Shown: piece after piece, positions 12,104 through 25,327 of the stretch
Layout of the letters: each line of letters starts with the position of its first letter
How positions within the stretch are numbered: position 1 is the first letter of the stretch
Origin: Mobula hypostoma
Lineage: Eukaryota
Assembly (NCBI RefSeq): GCF_963921235.1
Contig: NC_086097.1
Location: 207,330,001 to 207,394,000, forward strand
Direction of reading: 5' to 3'
Length of the DNA: 64,000 nt
Made by a program: the position numbers and the translations under genes
The notes under the pieces: generated by a model
Databases searched by the model: none
What the model was told of the DNA's origin: nothing
The model's input: the letters and a program-made list of their open reading frames with translations, nothing else

Positions 12104-14251
12104 CATTGGGGAAAGGCAAATTATGAGGCTATAAGGCTAGAACTTGCGGGTGTGAATTGGGATGATGTTTTTGCAGGGAAATGTATTATGGACATGTGGT
12201 CGATGTTTAGAGATCTCTTGCGGGATGTAAAGGATAAATTTGTCCCAGTGAGGAAGATAAAGAATAGTAGGGTGAAGGAACCATGAGTGACAAGTGAGAT
12301 GGAAAATCTAGTCAGGTGGAAGAAGGCAGCATACATGAGGTTTAGGAAGCAAGGATCAGATGGGTCTATTGAGCAATATAGGGAAGCAAGAAAGGAGCTT
12401 AAGAAGGGGCTGAGAAGAGCAAGAAGGGGGCATGAGAAGGCCTTGGTGAGTAGGGTAAAGGAAAACCCCAAGGCATTCTACAATTATGTGAAAAAAAAAG
12501 GATGACAAGAGTGAAGGTAGGACCGATTAGAGATAAAGGTGGGAAGATGTGCCTGGAGGCTGTGGAAGTGAGCGAGGTCCTCAATGAATACTTCTCTTCG
12601 GTATTCACCAATGAGAGGGAACTTGATGATGGTGAGGACAATATGAGTGAAGTTGATGTTCTGGAGCATGTTGATATTAAGGGAGAGGAGGTGTTGGGAG
12701 TTGTTAAAATACATTAGGACAGATAAGTCCCCGGGGCCTGATGGAATATTCCCCAGGCTGCTCCACGAGGCGAGAGATGAGATTGCTGAGCCTCTGGCTA
12801 GGATCTTTATGTCCTCGTTGTCTACGGGAATGGTACCGGAGGATTGGAGGGAGGCGAATGTTGTTCCCTTGTTCAAAAAAGGTAGTAGGGATAGTCCGGG
12901 TAATTATAGACCAGTGAGCCTTACGTCTGTGGTGGGAAAGCTGTTGGAAAAGATTCTTAGAGCTAGGATCTATAGGCATTTAGAGAATCATGGTCTGATC
13001 AGGGACAGTCAGCATGGCTTTGTGAAGGGCAGATCGTGTCTAACAAGCCTGATAGAGTTCTTTGAGGAGGTGACCAGGCATATAGATGAGGGTAGTGCAG
13101 TGGATGTGATCTATATGGATTTTAATAAGGCATTTGACAAGGTTCCACATGGTAGGCTTATTCAGAAAGTTAGAAGGCATGGGATCCAGGGAAGTTTGGC
13201 CAGGTGGATTCAGAATTGGCTTGCCTGCAGAAGGCAGAGGGTGGTGGTGGAGGGAGTACATTCAGATTGGAGGATTGTGACTAGTGGTGTCCCACAAGGA
13301 CCTGTTCTGGGACCTCTACTTTTCGTGATTTTTATTAACGACCTGGATGTAGGGGTAGAAGGGTGGGTTGGCAAGTTTGCAGACGACAGAAAGGTTGGTG
13401 GTGTTGTAGATAGTGCAGAGAATTGTCTAAGATTGCAGAGAGACATTGATAGGATGCAGAAGTTGGCTGAGAAGTGGCAGATGGAGTTCAACCCGGAGAA
13501 GTGTGAGGTGGTACACTTTGGAAGGACAAACTCCAAGGCAGAGTACAAAGTAAATAGCATACTTGGTAGTGTGGAGGAGCAGAGGGATCTCGGGGTACAT
13601 GTCCACAGATCCCTGAAAGTTGCCTCACAGGTGGATAGGGTAGTTAAGAAAGCTTATGGGGTGTTAGCTTTCATAAGTCGAGGGATAGAGTTTAAGAGTC
13701 GCGATGTAATGATGCAGCTCTATAAAACTCTGGTTAGGCCACACTTGGCGTACTGTGTCCAGTTCTGGTCACCTCACTATAGGAAGGATGTGGAAGCATT
13801 GGAAAAGGTACAGAGGAGATTTACCAGGATGCTGCCTGGTTTAGAAAGTATGCATATTATCAGAGATTAAGGGAGCTAGGGCTTTACTCTTTGGAGAGAA
13901 GGAGGATGAGAGGAGACATGATAGAGGTGTACAAGATAATAAGAGGAATAGATAGAGTGGATAGCCAGCGCCTCTTCCCCAGGGCACCACTGCTCAATAC
14001 AAGAGGACACGGCTTTAAGGTAAGGGGTGGGAAGTTCAAGGGGGATATTAGAGGAAGGTTTTTTACTCAGAGAGTGGTTGGTGCGTAGAATGCATTGCCT
14101 GAGTCAGATACACTAGTGAAGTTTAAGAGACTACTAGACAGGTATATGGAGGAATCTAAGGTGGGGGCTTATATGGGAGGCAGGGTTTGAGGGTCGGCAC
14201 AATATCGTGGGCCGAAGGGCCTGTACTGTGCTGTACTATTCTATGTTCTAT
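12104..14251 (+). mobile_element. CR1-clade LINE, 5'-truncated, relatively young (407-codon RT ORF 12647..13870)
   Basis: KSPGPDGIFPR, NYRPVSLTS, QHGF, DFNKAFDKVPH, GVPQG, FADD; tail TATTCTATGTTCTAT. Confidence 0.95.
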
Positions 14252-14326
14252 TAAAATTAAGTCTGTTTTGTCACTTGGCAACATTTAAAGGCCTGCAATT
14301 TTGTTATCTGATGTGATCCAGCTTAC

Positions 14327-14435
14327 CTCTATCTTTTTCCTGTTGTTGAGTTAGTTTATTTAATTTGTCAGTCAGCTCATTTATAATTTGTTCTTTCTTT
14401 ATTTTTTCCCTGGTTAAAACAGTGTTGAAATTTGT
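14327..14435 (-). CDS. RB1CC1: RB1CC1 coding exon, 109 nt (TNFNTVLTREKIKKEQIINELTDKLNKLTQQQEKDR)
   Basis: Acceptor cttcttttacag|ACA, donor G|gtaagc; 36 codons + 1 nt. Confidence 0.96.
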
Positions 14436-15361
14436 CTGTAAAAGAAGTAATTAGAATAAGTTAACCAAAATTGACAAAAATCATACATTGGTAACTCATC
14501 TTTTAAAGGAGTTTCTGCAGATGACCATGCTTCCATTCAAAAATAGCATAAAAAGCATTTCTTCCAGAACATAAATGTATCTGTGGCAACAGTTCAGTTA
14601 TAGAAGCAAATTCTTCTCTTCAGAACTTCAGGTACGATAAAGAAATCAAAAGTCCAATCTTCAAACTCAGAACAAATTTATATCTTACCAATGCAAATAA
14701 AAGGCAAACTTGTGCTCAGAACTTATTACATATACCAACTTTAAAAATATCCAGGATTTGCTTTACCTACCCAAATATATAATCCCATGAAGCTTTATAG
14801 TTAACAGGGAAATATATTTTGCATTTAATTTAAATTTGGTCTCATCTCTCTTTAAACATGCAACTTTGCATATTCTTCAGTAAGAACTAATCTCTCAGTT
14901 TTATTCCTAAAAATCAATGCCCATTTTCACAACCTAATTACACTTATACTGTAAAGGTTTACATAGAACTACTATTTGCAATTATACTAAGTGCTTTGAC
15001 CAGGATCTAACTTCAGACTAATTACTTTGCATTACCCGAGAGATAGGCAAAAAAATAATAATTCCTGTCATTTCCCCTCGTCCTTTACGGTTGTTAATTT
15101 TATATTACCCTTTTCTAGGACCATGTGCGCATCCTTAATAAGTTTACAACTAGATTATTGATATTCTTAAGCATTTTAAAAGTATGACAACCTACACACT
15201 AAAGGTGCATATTCACCATTTCCCCCCCACAAACCTCACTTTAGAGGCTGCAAACCCCAAATAATCTTTGTATTTCACATTCTTCTAATACTATTTATTT
15301 TATAAAAGCTGTCCTTACTGATAACTACTGCCGATAAATTTGAGTACCTTCAATGAAGGGG

Positions 15362-15487
15362 CATATAGAACATATAGTATAGTACAGCACAGTACAGGCC
15401 CTTCGGCCCACAATGTTGTGCCGACCCCCAAACCTTGCCTCCCATTTAATCCCCCACCACCACCATAAATTCCTTCATATACCTGCA
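15362..15487 (-). mobile_element. CR1 3'-end fragment of the same subfamily as 12104-14251
   Basis: Reverse complement aligns with 14140-14251. Confidence 0.85.
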
Positions 15488-15719
15488 TCAGTTGCTTCAT
15501 ATACCATATAGGCAATGATTATATTCAACTTGGCAAACTGACGAACAATTAATCATAGACTGAGTCTAAAAGTAGAACTCAAAAATAAGAGAGGTGCAAA
15601 CACTCTGATACTACACAAGCTCTCCAACAGCAACTAGAACAATGAGATATGCAGGAAGATTATGGAAAAGTGTAAAACAAAAACATTGTTGTAGAAGCAT
15701 CTTCAGCTTCCAGAACACA

Positions 15720-17035
15720 GACTGGGACCTTTTTAGTAGAAACGGGCAAAAAATCAGTTCAGTGCATTCAGGAATGTTTCTTAAATGACTCTTTAATAGT
15801 CAGCCAAGAGGAGGGACCATACAGGACCTGGTGTTCAGTGATGAGCATGGCCAGGTGACTGAACTTTCAGTGGGACAACAGTGATCACAACGCCTTTAAG
15901 TTTTAAGGCACCAACAGATAAGGTCAAGAATGCACCTTGTATATGTGTATTAAATTGAAGCCGGGAACATTACAAGATTATTAGGCAAGAACAAAGAAGA
16001 GTTAATTGGGAACAACTGTTTTTAGACAAGTCCACATCTGACATGTGCAGAGTATTTAAAGACAAATTGTACAGAGTATAGGACAGGTATGTTCCAGTAC
16101 GAAGGAAGACAAGGATGGCAAGGTAAGGAAACCTTGGATGATAAGAAAGGTGGTGAATTTAGTCAAAAATTAAAAATATGAACAGTATGTAAAGTTTAGT
16201 TGCTAAAATCAAAGAGGGCCATTGATGATTACAAGGACTAAAAAGAACTCAAGGGAATTAGAAAAGTTAGGAAGAGCCAGAAGAAATCTTTGGCAAGTAG
16301 GATTATAGAGAATCCCAATACATTCTACACATACATCAAGAGCAAATGGGTAACAAGGGAGGGGGTAGAACCAGGTAAGTGTGAGGTGGTTCAATTTGGA
16401 AGGTCAAATATCATGGCAGAATATAGTATTAATGGCAAGACTCTTGGCAGTATGGAGGATCAGAAGGATCTTGGGGTCTGAGTCCATAAGACACTCAAAG
16501 CTGCTGCGCAGGTTGACTCTATGGTTAAGAAGGCATACGGTGCATTGGCCTTCATCAACCGTGGGTTTGAGTTTAAGAGCCTAGAGGTAATGTTACAGCT
16601 ATATAGGACCCTGGTCAGACCCCATTTGGAGTACTATGCTCAGTTCTGGTCACCTTACTACAGAAAGGATGTGGAAACTATAGAAAGGGTGCAGAGGGGA
16701 TTTATAAGAATGTTGCCTGGATTGGGGAGCATGCCTTATGAGAATAGGTTGAGTGAACTCGGCCTTTTCTCCTTAGAGCAGTGGAGGATGAGAGGTGACT
16801 TGATAAAGGTGTATAAGATGATGAGAGGCATTGATCGCGTGGACAGTCACAGTCTTTTTCCCAGGGCTGAAATGGCTAACACAAGAAGACACAGTTTTAA
16901 GGTGCTTGGAAGTAGGTACATAGGAGACTCAGGGGTAAGTTTGCTTGTTGTTGTTGTTTTGTTTTTACGCAGAGAGTGGTGAGTGTGTGGAATAGGCTGC
17001 CAGCGACAGTGGTGGAGGGGGATACGATATCGTCT
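15720..17035 (+). mobile_element. CR1 composite: decayed APE/linker segment joined at ~16370 to an RT C-terminal segment
   Basis: IIENPNTFYTYIKSK, then an abrupt jump to KCEVVQFGRSN and [15 protein letters not shown]; (GTT)n near 16947. Confidence 0.8.
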
Positions 17036-17208
17036 TCTATATGCGATTGAGAAGGAATGGAGGCTGCCATTTTGTGAAGCTGTTTTGTATCCTTCATTTT
17101 TATAACTGGTTTTGCTCGGCTGAACTAATACGTTAAAGTAGAGACAATGATGCTCCAGGTAATCTGCTGGACTAGAGATTATTTCCAAATAAGAAGTTAT
17201 TTGTGATG

Positions 17209-17343
17209 AACACACACAGAACAGTGGAGGATCTCAGCAAGCCAGGCAGCATCTATGGAAAAGAGTACAGTCAATGTTTCAGGCCGAGACTCTTCAGCAG
17301 GACACTTGCTTGGATTACCAGCTTCTGCAGATTTTCTCCTGTT
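17209..17343. repeat. Penelope-type terminal repeat with internal inversion and hammerhead relic
   Basis: 17209-17302 is the minus-strand repeat; 17305-17343 (TTGCTTGGATTACCAGCTTCTGCAGATTTTCTC) is its distal part in plus orientation. Confidence 0.7.
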
Positions 17344-17924
17344 AGTTAAATGTGATGTGTTCTTTGGTATTAAACCTGCATATCGTATCTGAATGGTGGG
17401 GTCTGTGTCCGTCCTGAATGATTCAATGGTTACTGGTTTGGTAACAGATTTAGAACAAAGAGCCATAAACTACCAGGTGTTACTTGCAAAAGAGGGCAAT
17501 AAATGGATGCTGGCTTAGACCAGGCACAATAAGGCTGTGACAGAGGTCAGTCAGATAGCCTCGAGCCAATGAGACTAAAATGCAACACTGGAAGTGGTAA
17601 GTGTTTAAACTGAGGAGCTTTGAATGCAAAGCAGCAACAACTCTGGAGACGAGCCATCGAAGTTTGCTGAAGTAAATAATCGCGCATCAGACACGTGGAG
17701 ATTATATCAGGAACATCTACCTGGTCAGCGTAGACTACTTTCCCAGGTATTACCATTCTATTTTTTGACTGTTCATAGAGGGTCAGGGAAACTTAGGTGT
17801 GCCCACAGGAGATCAGTTGTGTAAATTCACGTGATTTTTAGTTCAGACAATAAAGTTACTTGTCAGTAAATACAGACTTTCTCTGTGCTTAACTGAGGTA
17901 ATCCTTGTAAGAAGTTCATACGTA

Positions 17925-18350
17925 AAGGGCGAATACATTGTTACTGGTAAGACTTTAACAGTATTGAGATGCAGAGGGATCTTAGAATCCAAACACACAG
18001 CCCCCCGCCCAAGGTAGTTCCATAGTTGATAAGAGTAGCAAGTTAAGCAAATGGCATGCTTGCCTTTATTAATCGATCAACAAAATTCATGAACCTGAAA
18101 GTTATGTTGCAGCTTTATAAAACTCTGGTTGGGCAATATCTGGAGCATTGCATTCAGTTTTGTACACTCCATTATAGGAAGGATATTGAGGCTTTGGATA
18201 AGGTGCAGAGGAGATTTACCAGGATGCTACCTGGATTAGAAGGCATGTGCAATGAGCCAGGTTGGATAAGCCTGGGCTGTTTTCTCTGGAGCAGCAGAGG
18301 CTGAGGGGAGTTATGGTAGCTATTTATAAGATTGAGGAACAGATAAACAG
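17925..18350 (+). mobile_element. CR1 RT C-terminal fragment (followed by a short minus-strand CR1 piece to ~18570)
   Basis: MLQLYKTLV..LEHCIQF..VQRRFTRMLPGL. Confidence 0.8.
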
Positions 18351-18577
18351 TCAGCATCGCTGGAGTAAATACTTCCTCCTCTGTTATCTGTATACAACAC
18401 ATGATCTTACTGATGCTTTGCCTCACATCCATAGACTCTAGGTCCATCTCCTGAGTAAATACAGATGCAAATTAAAAAATCTATTCTTCCCTATCTTTCA
18501 GCTCCATGCATAAATGCACACTCTGGTCTTCCAGAGGAAGATTTTTGTGCCTTGCTATCCATTTGCTCTTAACATAC

Positions 18578-19330
18578 AGTGCATGAAATGCACTTGCTGA
18601 TGTAGCTAGTCACTGATGCCGTGTACTCCTTTAAGTTGGTAGAATCGCCATTGGTTGCAGCCTCCCTGAACATGTGCCAGTCAGTGTACTCAAAGCAGTC
18701 TTGAAGAGCAGAGATGGCTCCTGCTGGCCAGGTTTTCACCTGCTTCTGAACTGGTCTGGAACGCCTGACGAGCGGTCTGTATGCTGGGATTAGCATAACA
18801 GAGATGTGGTCCAAGTAGCTGAGGTGGGGGTGGGGCTCCGCCCAGTACGCATCAGGAATGTTTGTGTAAACAAGGTCCAACGCGTTCTTCCCTCTCATTG
18901 CAAAGTCCACAGACTGATGGAATTTGGGGAGCACTGACTTAAGGTTCGCATGGTTAAAATCTCCAGCAACAATAAACAGTCCATCCGGGTGTGCGTTCTT
19001 AAAAAAAGTGACTTAGTCACTTTTCTTGTGATCGCAAGACACTTTTGGACACTGGTGGTGTGGAATGCTGCAAGCCCAATGCATTTGTTTATTAGCAAAT
19101 GGCGGGGAAGCTGCGTGGCCTCAGTCGTAGCAAGAACTAGGCCTCAAGCTGCAGTATTGCCTGTTTGGAGTCACCCAGGAGTACACCATCAGAGGGCTGG
19201 AGGTGGTGTGGCATGGCATCCACACTGTAGTTGGTGCTGCTCCCCAGTGTTCCCTAGTAACCTAGCATGCTTGCTAAGCAAGCTCAAAACAAAATCAATG
19301 AATGTTGATATTTTCCTGCACAGTTTAACA
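18578..19330 (-). mobile_element. Rex1/Babar-type LINE, APE endonuclease region, decayed
   Basis: [50 protein letters not shown] in ORF 18569..18934. Confidence 0.8.
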
Positions 19331-19674
19331 ATGGAGATTCGTGCCTTTCTAGCAATCTCAGCCTTGTTGCTAATGATTTCTCATTGCTGACTTCAACTTT
19401 ATCCTGCTTAACTTAATGCCACCATTTCTTTTCACTATTTTGAATATGTAAAGCACAAGCATTCTGGGAAATATCCACACCCATTTGCTTAACATTACTC
19501 TTCTTCATAAACCTTATTACATGCCTACTAGCTGTTAGAATACACTGAGGTAAAAGGTATACATGTTTGCAGATGATCACACTAAATAGCTTCATGCAAG
19601 TCACAAAAAGTTAGAATTGCTGTAAATATCGAACCACGGGGATTAAAGCCCATCACTGCCAAACACACCCAAAA

Positions 19675-20270
19675 TTTTAATACTTTGACAAACTTCGATA
19701 GATGTGTGGTGGAGTGTATAATGACTGGTATGGGAATGGGAACACCAACATCCCTGAATGGAAAAACTTACAAAAAGTAGTGGATACAGCCCAGTCAATC
19801 ACAGGTAAAGTACCCCCCCGCCGCCTGCCGCAACTACAGAGCACATTTACAAAGAGGGCTGTCGCAGGAAGGTGGTACTGGAGTCCCAAGTCCCACACAA
19901 CCAGGTTCAGGAACAATTCTCAATAGCTGAGTGCCACTCAACCATCAGGCTCTTGAACTAGAGGGGATAACTGGTCACCCTAACACTGAACTGATCCGCA
20001 ACCTATAGACTCAATTTTATAGATTCGACAACTTATGCTCTCGATATCTCTGGCTTATTTATTCATTATTATTTTTCTTCCTTTTATTTACAGTTTGTGG
20101 TCTTTTGCACATTGGTCATTAGCATGTCTCTATCATGTGTGTGTTTTTTTATTGATTCTATCATGTTTCTTTGTATTTACTGTGGACACCCACAAGAAAA
20201 TGAATCTTAAGATAGCATATGGTGATATATACAGTATGTACTTTGATATTAAATTTACCTTGAACTTTGA
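19675..20270 (+). mobile_element. Rex1/Babar-type LINE 3' fragment
   Basis: WYGNG..LQKVVDTAQSITG..TTRFRN; AT-rich 3' UTR ending TGAACTTTGA. Confidence 0.75.
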
Positions 20271-20715
20271 AACACAAGAAACCACCATTAGGTATGGCAT
20301 TTTTCACTACTTCACAATATTCTACAACACAGCACAATTGCTGTTACAACATGAAAACAGTTAAAATTAATACACAACCAATATTCACAACAATGACCGT
20401 ATAATAATATCTAAGGTGTTGATTGATGAATATTAGCCAGGATAGAGAGAAAAGTCTCCTTTTCCAAGCAGAGCCATGGTATTTTTCACATCCTCCCAAA
20501 AGACAGTACAACAAAAAGTTAGTAACACATGCAAAGCTCACATGACAAGCAATACATCACAGCTGACACGACAAGAGTACTGCACTGAATTGTCAGCTGA
20601 AGTCTTGCACTCAAATAATTGAGAAATCATAATATTCATAAGTCGAACTACTAAGATTTAACTTTGAGTATTTGTAATTTTGTTGCTACAAAATACACAA
20701 AATAGGGACATTTAC

Positions 20716-20878
20716 CTGCTGTTCAGCTATGAGTGATGTTTTAAGGAGTTTAAGTTCTTCATTCCTTTTTTCCAGTTGATCTATCAAACTGGCCCTTTCT
20801 TCTTGAAACTTCCCTCTAATATCAGCAATATCATCTGGAGGAATGAAACTTTCTGATGCAGATGAAAATTGAACTTCC
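20716..20878 (-). CDS. RB1CC1: RB1CC1 coding exon, 163 nt (EVQFSSASESFIPPDDIADIRGKFQEERASLIDQLEKRNEELKLLKTSLIAEQQ)
   Basis: Acceptor ctaatacag|G, donor CAG|gtaaat; 1 nt + 54 codons; ends in the conserved TSLIAEQQ. Confidence 0.94.
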
Positions 20879-21139
20879 CTGTATTAGACAAAATAAAAAA
20901 TAGGGGTTGGGCACAGGAAAGTAAAACACATGATTTATCTGAAGAATCTTCTAAAAATTACTTCTACATTTCAATTTATCACACAGCATAACAATAGTTT
21001 CGAAATGACAATCTTCATTTAAAATACCTCTGTTTTATTTGAGGCACTGTCTAAAATATTAGCGTCATACTGCACCATGAATATTCAGCATGATTAAAAT
21101 AAAAGTGTAAAGTACCATTTGGCCAACAGCATTGCCCAA

Positions 21140-22310
21140 TGGTGGACATTAGCAAGGACTTTGACAAAGTTCTGCATGAGAGGCTGGTCATGATAATTAG
21201 GTCACTTGGTATTCAATATGAAGTAGTCAAATGGATTCAACATTGGCTTAGTTAGAGAAGTCATAGAGTGGTAGGAGTGGGCACGTGGCCAAGTGGTTAA
21301 GGCACTGGACTAGCTACCTGAAGGATGTGAGTTCGAGCCCCAGCCGAGGGAACGTGTTGTGTCCTTGAGCAAGGCACTTAATCACACATTGCTCTGCGAT
21401 GACACTAGTGCCAAGCTGTATGGGTCTTAATGCCCTTCCCTTGGACAACATTGGTGTTGTGGAGAGGGGAGACTACTGGTCTTCCATACAACCTTGCCCA
21501 GGCCTGCGCCCTGGAAAGTGAAGACTTTCCAGGCGCAGATCCATAGTCTCGCAAGACTAACCGATGCCTCAAAAAAAAGTGGTAGAAGATGGCTCTCTCT
21601 CTGAGCCAACGCCTATTATTAGTGGTGTGCCATAGCATTTAAAGTTATCTATATCAAAGATTTAGAAGATAATGTGGTAAACTGGATCAGCAGATTTGCA
21701 GATGACAATAAGATTTGGGGTGGAGTGGAGAGTGAGGAAGGCTATCAAAGTTTGCAGTGTGATCTGCACCAGCTGGGAAAATGGGCTGAAAAATGGCAAA
21801 TGGAATTTAATGCAGATAAGTATGAGATGTTGCAATGGGAGGACAAACCAGGGTAAGACTTACACAATGAATAAAAGGGCACTGAGATGTGAGGGATCTG
21901 AGAATAAAGATTCATAATTCCATGAAAGTGGCATCACAGTCATATGAGTTTGGCCTTCATACATCAGGATACTGAGTACAGGTTTTGGGATGCTACTTTT
22001 CTTTCAAAAAGTTGTACAAGAATTTGGTGCTGTGGAATTTGGAGTATTATGATCAGTTTTGGTCACCTACCTACAGGAAAGGTACCTATAACCTTGAAAG
22101 AGTGCAGAGAAAATTTACAAGGATGTTGCCAGGACTTGAGAACCTGAGTTACAGGGAAAGATTGAATAGGCTAGAACTTTATTCCCTGGATCACAAGAGA
22201 ATGAATGGAAATCTTAAAGTAGTAATCAAAATTATGAGGCATATACAGAAGATAGAGTGAATGCATGCAGACTTCTTCCTGTTAGGTTGGATGAGACCAG
22301 AACTAGAGGT
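21140..22310 (+). mobile_element. Old CR1 RT fragment (host of nested inserts; resumes at ~24437-24692)
   Basis: Decayed DFDKVLH, FADD, QFWSPTYRK and LERVQRKFTRMLPGL. Confidence 0.8.
21275..21577 (+). mobile_element. Full-length tRNA-derived SINE with CORE-like motif, A-tail and 8-bp TSD
   Basis: A box TGGCCAAGTGG (21286-21296), B box GTTCGAGCC (21331-21339), GTGTCCTTGAGCAAGGCACTTAA core, A tail; AGTGGTAG at 21267-21274 and 21578-21585. Confidence 0.9.
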
Positions 22311-22857
22311 CAAGTTCAAGTTTAATTGTTATTCTACCATACATGAACGCAGCCAAATGAAGCAGCATTCCTTCAAGGCCAAGGTGCAAAACACAGTGGC
22401 AAAAGCACACATAGCTGCAATTGCAGAAAAAGTCAATAAAAAACATAGCCCAAGTCCCTGTGTATCATGGCCTGTAGATAGATGGTGCACGAGAAGTCAT
22501 CCTAATTCAGCTTGTCTTCCACTGAGCAAACAGTGGAGGCCAGCCCCCAACACAGTACGGATTCCAGAGCACCCACAGAGGCCTCTGCTCTCTCCCATAT
22601 CACCTCCGATGTCTCCTCTCCTGGGCAGCTGCAACAAGTGACACTGTCACAAAGGCCTGGTCTGTGCAACAATTAAGGCAACGCAGTGTGCTCGCTGTTG
22701 GTCTTGCTAATGAGCCAGTGAACAGGACTTACAGTATTCTAAATTACCAGTGTCCACCAGGGTCTTACAATCACAATAAAAACATCCAAGACAATCATTT
22801 GCACCATTTGTTGGAACGCACACTGCCTCCACACAATGGTACACAAGTCCAGTTCCA

Positions 22858-24268
22858 GGGAATTATAGACCGGTTACCCTGATGTCAGTGGTGGGAAAGA
22901 TGCTGGAGTCAATTATAAAAGATGAAATTACAACACATCTGGATAGCAGTATCAGGATCAGTCCGAGTCAGCATGGACTTACGAAGGGGAAATCGTGCTT
23001 GACTAATCTTCTGGAATTTTTTGAGGATGTAACTATGAAAATGGACAAGGAAGAGCCAGTAGATGTAATGTACCTGGACTTTCAGAAAGCCTTTGATAAA
23101 GTACCACATAGGAGATTAGTGGGCAAAATTAGGGCACATGGTATTGGGGGGCAGAGAACTGACATGGATTGAAAATTGGCTGGCTGACAGAAAACAAAGA
23201 GTAGCGATTAACGGATCCCTTTCGGAATGGCAGGCGGTGACCAGTGGGGTACCACAGGGTTCAGTGCTGGGATTGCAGCTGTTTACAATATATATTAATG
23301 ATTTAGATGAGGGAATTAAAAGTAACATTAGCAAATTTGCCAATGACACGAAGCTGAGTGGCAGTGTGAAATGTGAGGAGAATCTTATGAGAATGCAGGG
23401 TGACTTGGATAGGCTGGGTGAGTGGGCAGATGCAGTTTAATGTGGATAAATGTGAGGTTATCCACTTTAGTGGTAAGAACAGGAAGGCAGATTATTATCT
23501 AAATGGAGTTAAGTTAGGAAAAGGGGAAGTACAATGAGATCTAGGTGTTCTTGTACGTCAGTCACTGAAAGCAAGCATGCAAGAACAGCAGGCAGTGAAG
23601 AAAGCAAATATAACAAGGGGAATTGAATATACCAAGGGCCTTCATAACAAGGGGAATAGAGTATAAGAGTAAAGGTCCTTCTGCAGCTGTACAGGGCCCT
23701 GGTGAGACCACACCTGGAGTACTGTGTGCAGTTTTGGTCTCCAAATTTGAGGAAGGACATTCTTGCTACTGACGAGTGCAGCACAGGTTCACAAGGTTAA
23801 TTCCCAGGATGGCGGGACTGTCATATGTTGAAAGATTGGAGCGACTGGGCTTGTATACTCTGGAATTGAGAAGGCCGAGAGGGGACCATATTGAAACATA
23901 TAAGATTATTAAGGGATTGGACATGCTGGAGGCAGGAAGCATGTTCCCGCTGATGGGCGAGTCCAGAACTAGAGGCCACAGTCTAAGAATAAGGGGTAGG
24001 CCATTTAGAACGGAGTTGAGGAAAAACTTTTTCACCCAGAGAGTGGTGGATATATGGAATGCTCTGCCCCAGAAGGCTGTGGAGGACAAGGCTCTGGATG
24101 CTTTCAAGAGAGAGATGGATAGAGCTCTTAGTGATGGCGGAATCAAAGGTTACGGGGATAAGGCAGGAACTGGGTACTGATTGTGGATGATCAGCCATGA
24201 TCACAGTGAATGGCGGTGCTGGCTCGAAGGGCCGAACGGCCTACTCCTGCACCTATTGTCTATTGTCA
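22858..24268 (+). mobile_element. CR1-clade LINE RT-to-3' end (second subfamily)
   Basis: YLDFQKAFDKVPH, GVPQGSVLG, FANDTK, RTRGHSLRIRG; 3' UTR GGCTCGAAGGGCCGAACGGCCTACTCCTG. Confidence 0.92.
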
Positions 24269-25327
24269 TTGCTACCAAGGAACTCGATGATGGGTTAGAC
24301 CTGCAGCACCTATAGTTCTTAATATCCAAGCACTATCTTGCGATCATAAAAAAAAGATGTAAAGCAAGAGCAATTACACCTCTGTTTGGACTTGGAAACA
24401 TCGCTATGACTATCCACACCACCATCTTACCAGAAACAAGTTTATGGAGAAAGATGAAATATTCAAAGGGAACACGAGGAGGAACGCCTTCAGTCAGAGG
24501 GTAGTGCGAGTGTGCAATGAGCTTCCAGCAGAAGTTATAAATGCAGGTTCAACTGCAACATTTAAGGAAAGTTTAGATAGGTACATGGATAAAAGGGGCT
24601 GAACTGCAGGTAGATGGGATATGGCAGACAGTTTGTCAAGGACTAGAGAGGCCGAAAGGTTTGTTTCTGTCCTGTTGTGCTCTATGACTCTACAATGAGC
24701 TTCAGACCTGAACTGTTAACTGTTCCTCTTTCAACAGATGTTACCTGCAGAATGTTTCCAGAATTTTTTAATCTCAAATCCAGGAACGAACAAATTGAAC
24801 AGAATATTTCAATAAGATTTTAAAGTTACAATATATAAAAAATACACAAAACTAACAATTATGAAAAATAAAAGCAAAATAAAAGAGGATTTGGTGAACT
24901 AATTATACTGGTGAAAATATCAAAAAATCCCATTACAAAATGTAGCACGACAAATCATCCTCTCATTTTTGATAGAAATATAATCAGAGTCATTATTTCC
25001 AACAGTGAGGGAGTTCATTTCAAACACTGAAGTGGGAGATAGCAGAGACATTGTTTTTGTACAAATCACAAATTGAATAGAACTCTTCTTGAAAATGATC
25101 ACCAGTGTAGCAGCCTCCAGATTCTCTAGTAAGTAAAGAGGTCATCTCACAGCGTCATCAGGTCTACAGTGCAGCTATCCCAGACCAAAAGAGCTCAAAA
25201 CTGCCAAATACTGATGAAAAATAAGGTTAAAGGCAGAGCCTCAAATGGAGAGTCCTTTTGGGAAAGCACCAGCTTGCTGTCCTTGAGTTCTCATCCATTT
25301 TTAGCTCTAAAGGTTTTGATAAGGTAG

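Noticed and set aside
21279..21350. Possible tRNA gene
   Set aside because: It has A and B boxes but no convincing cloverleaf or Pol III terminator, and it continues into a SINE body with tail and TSD.
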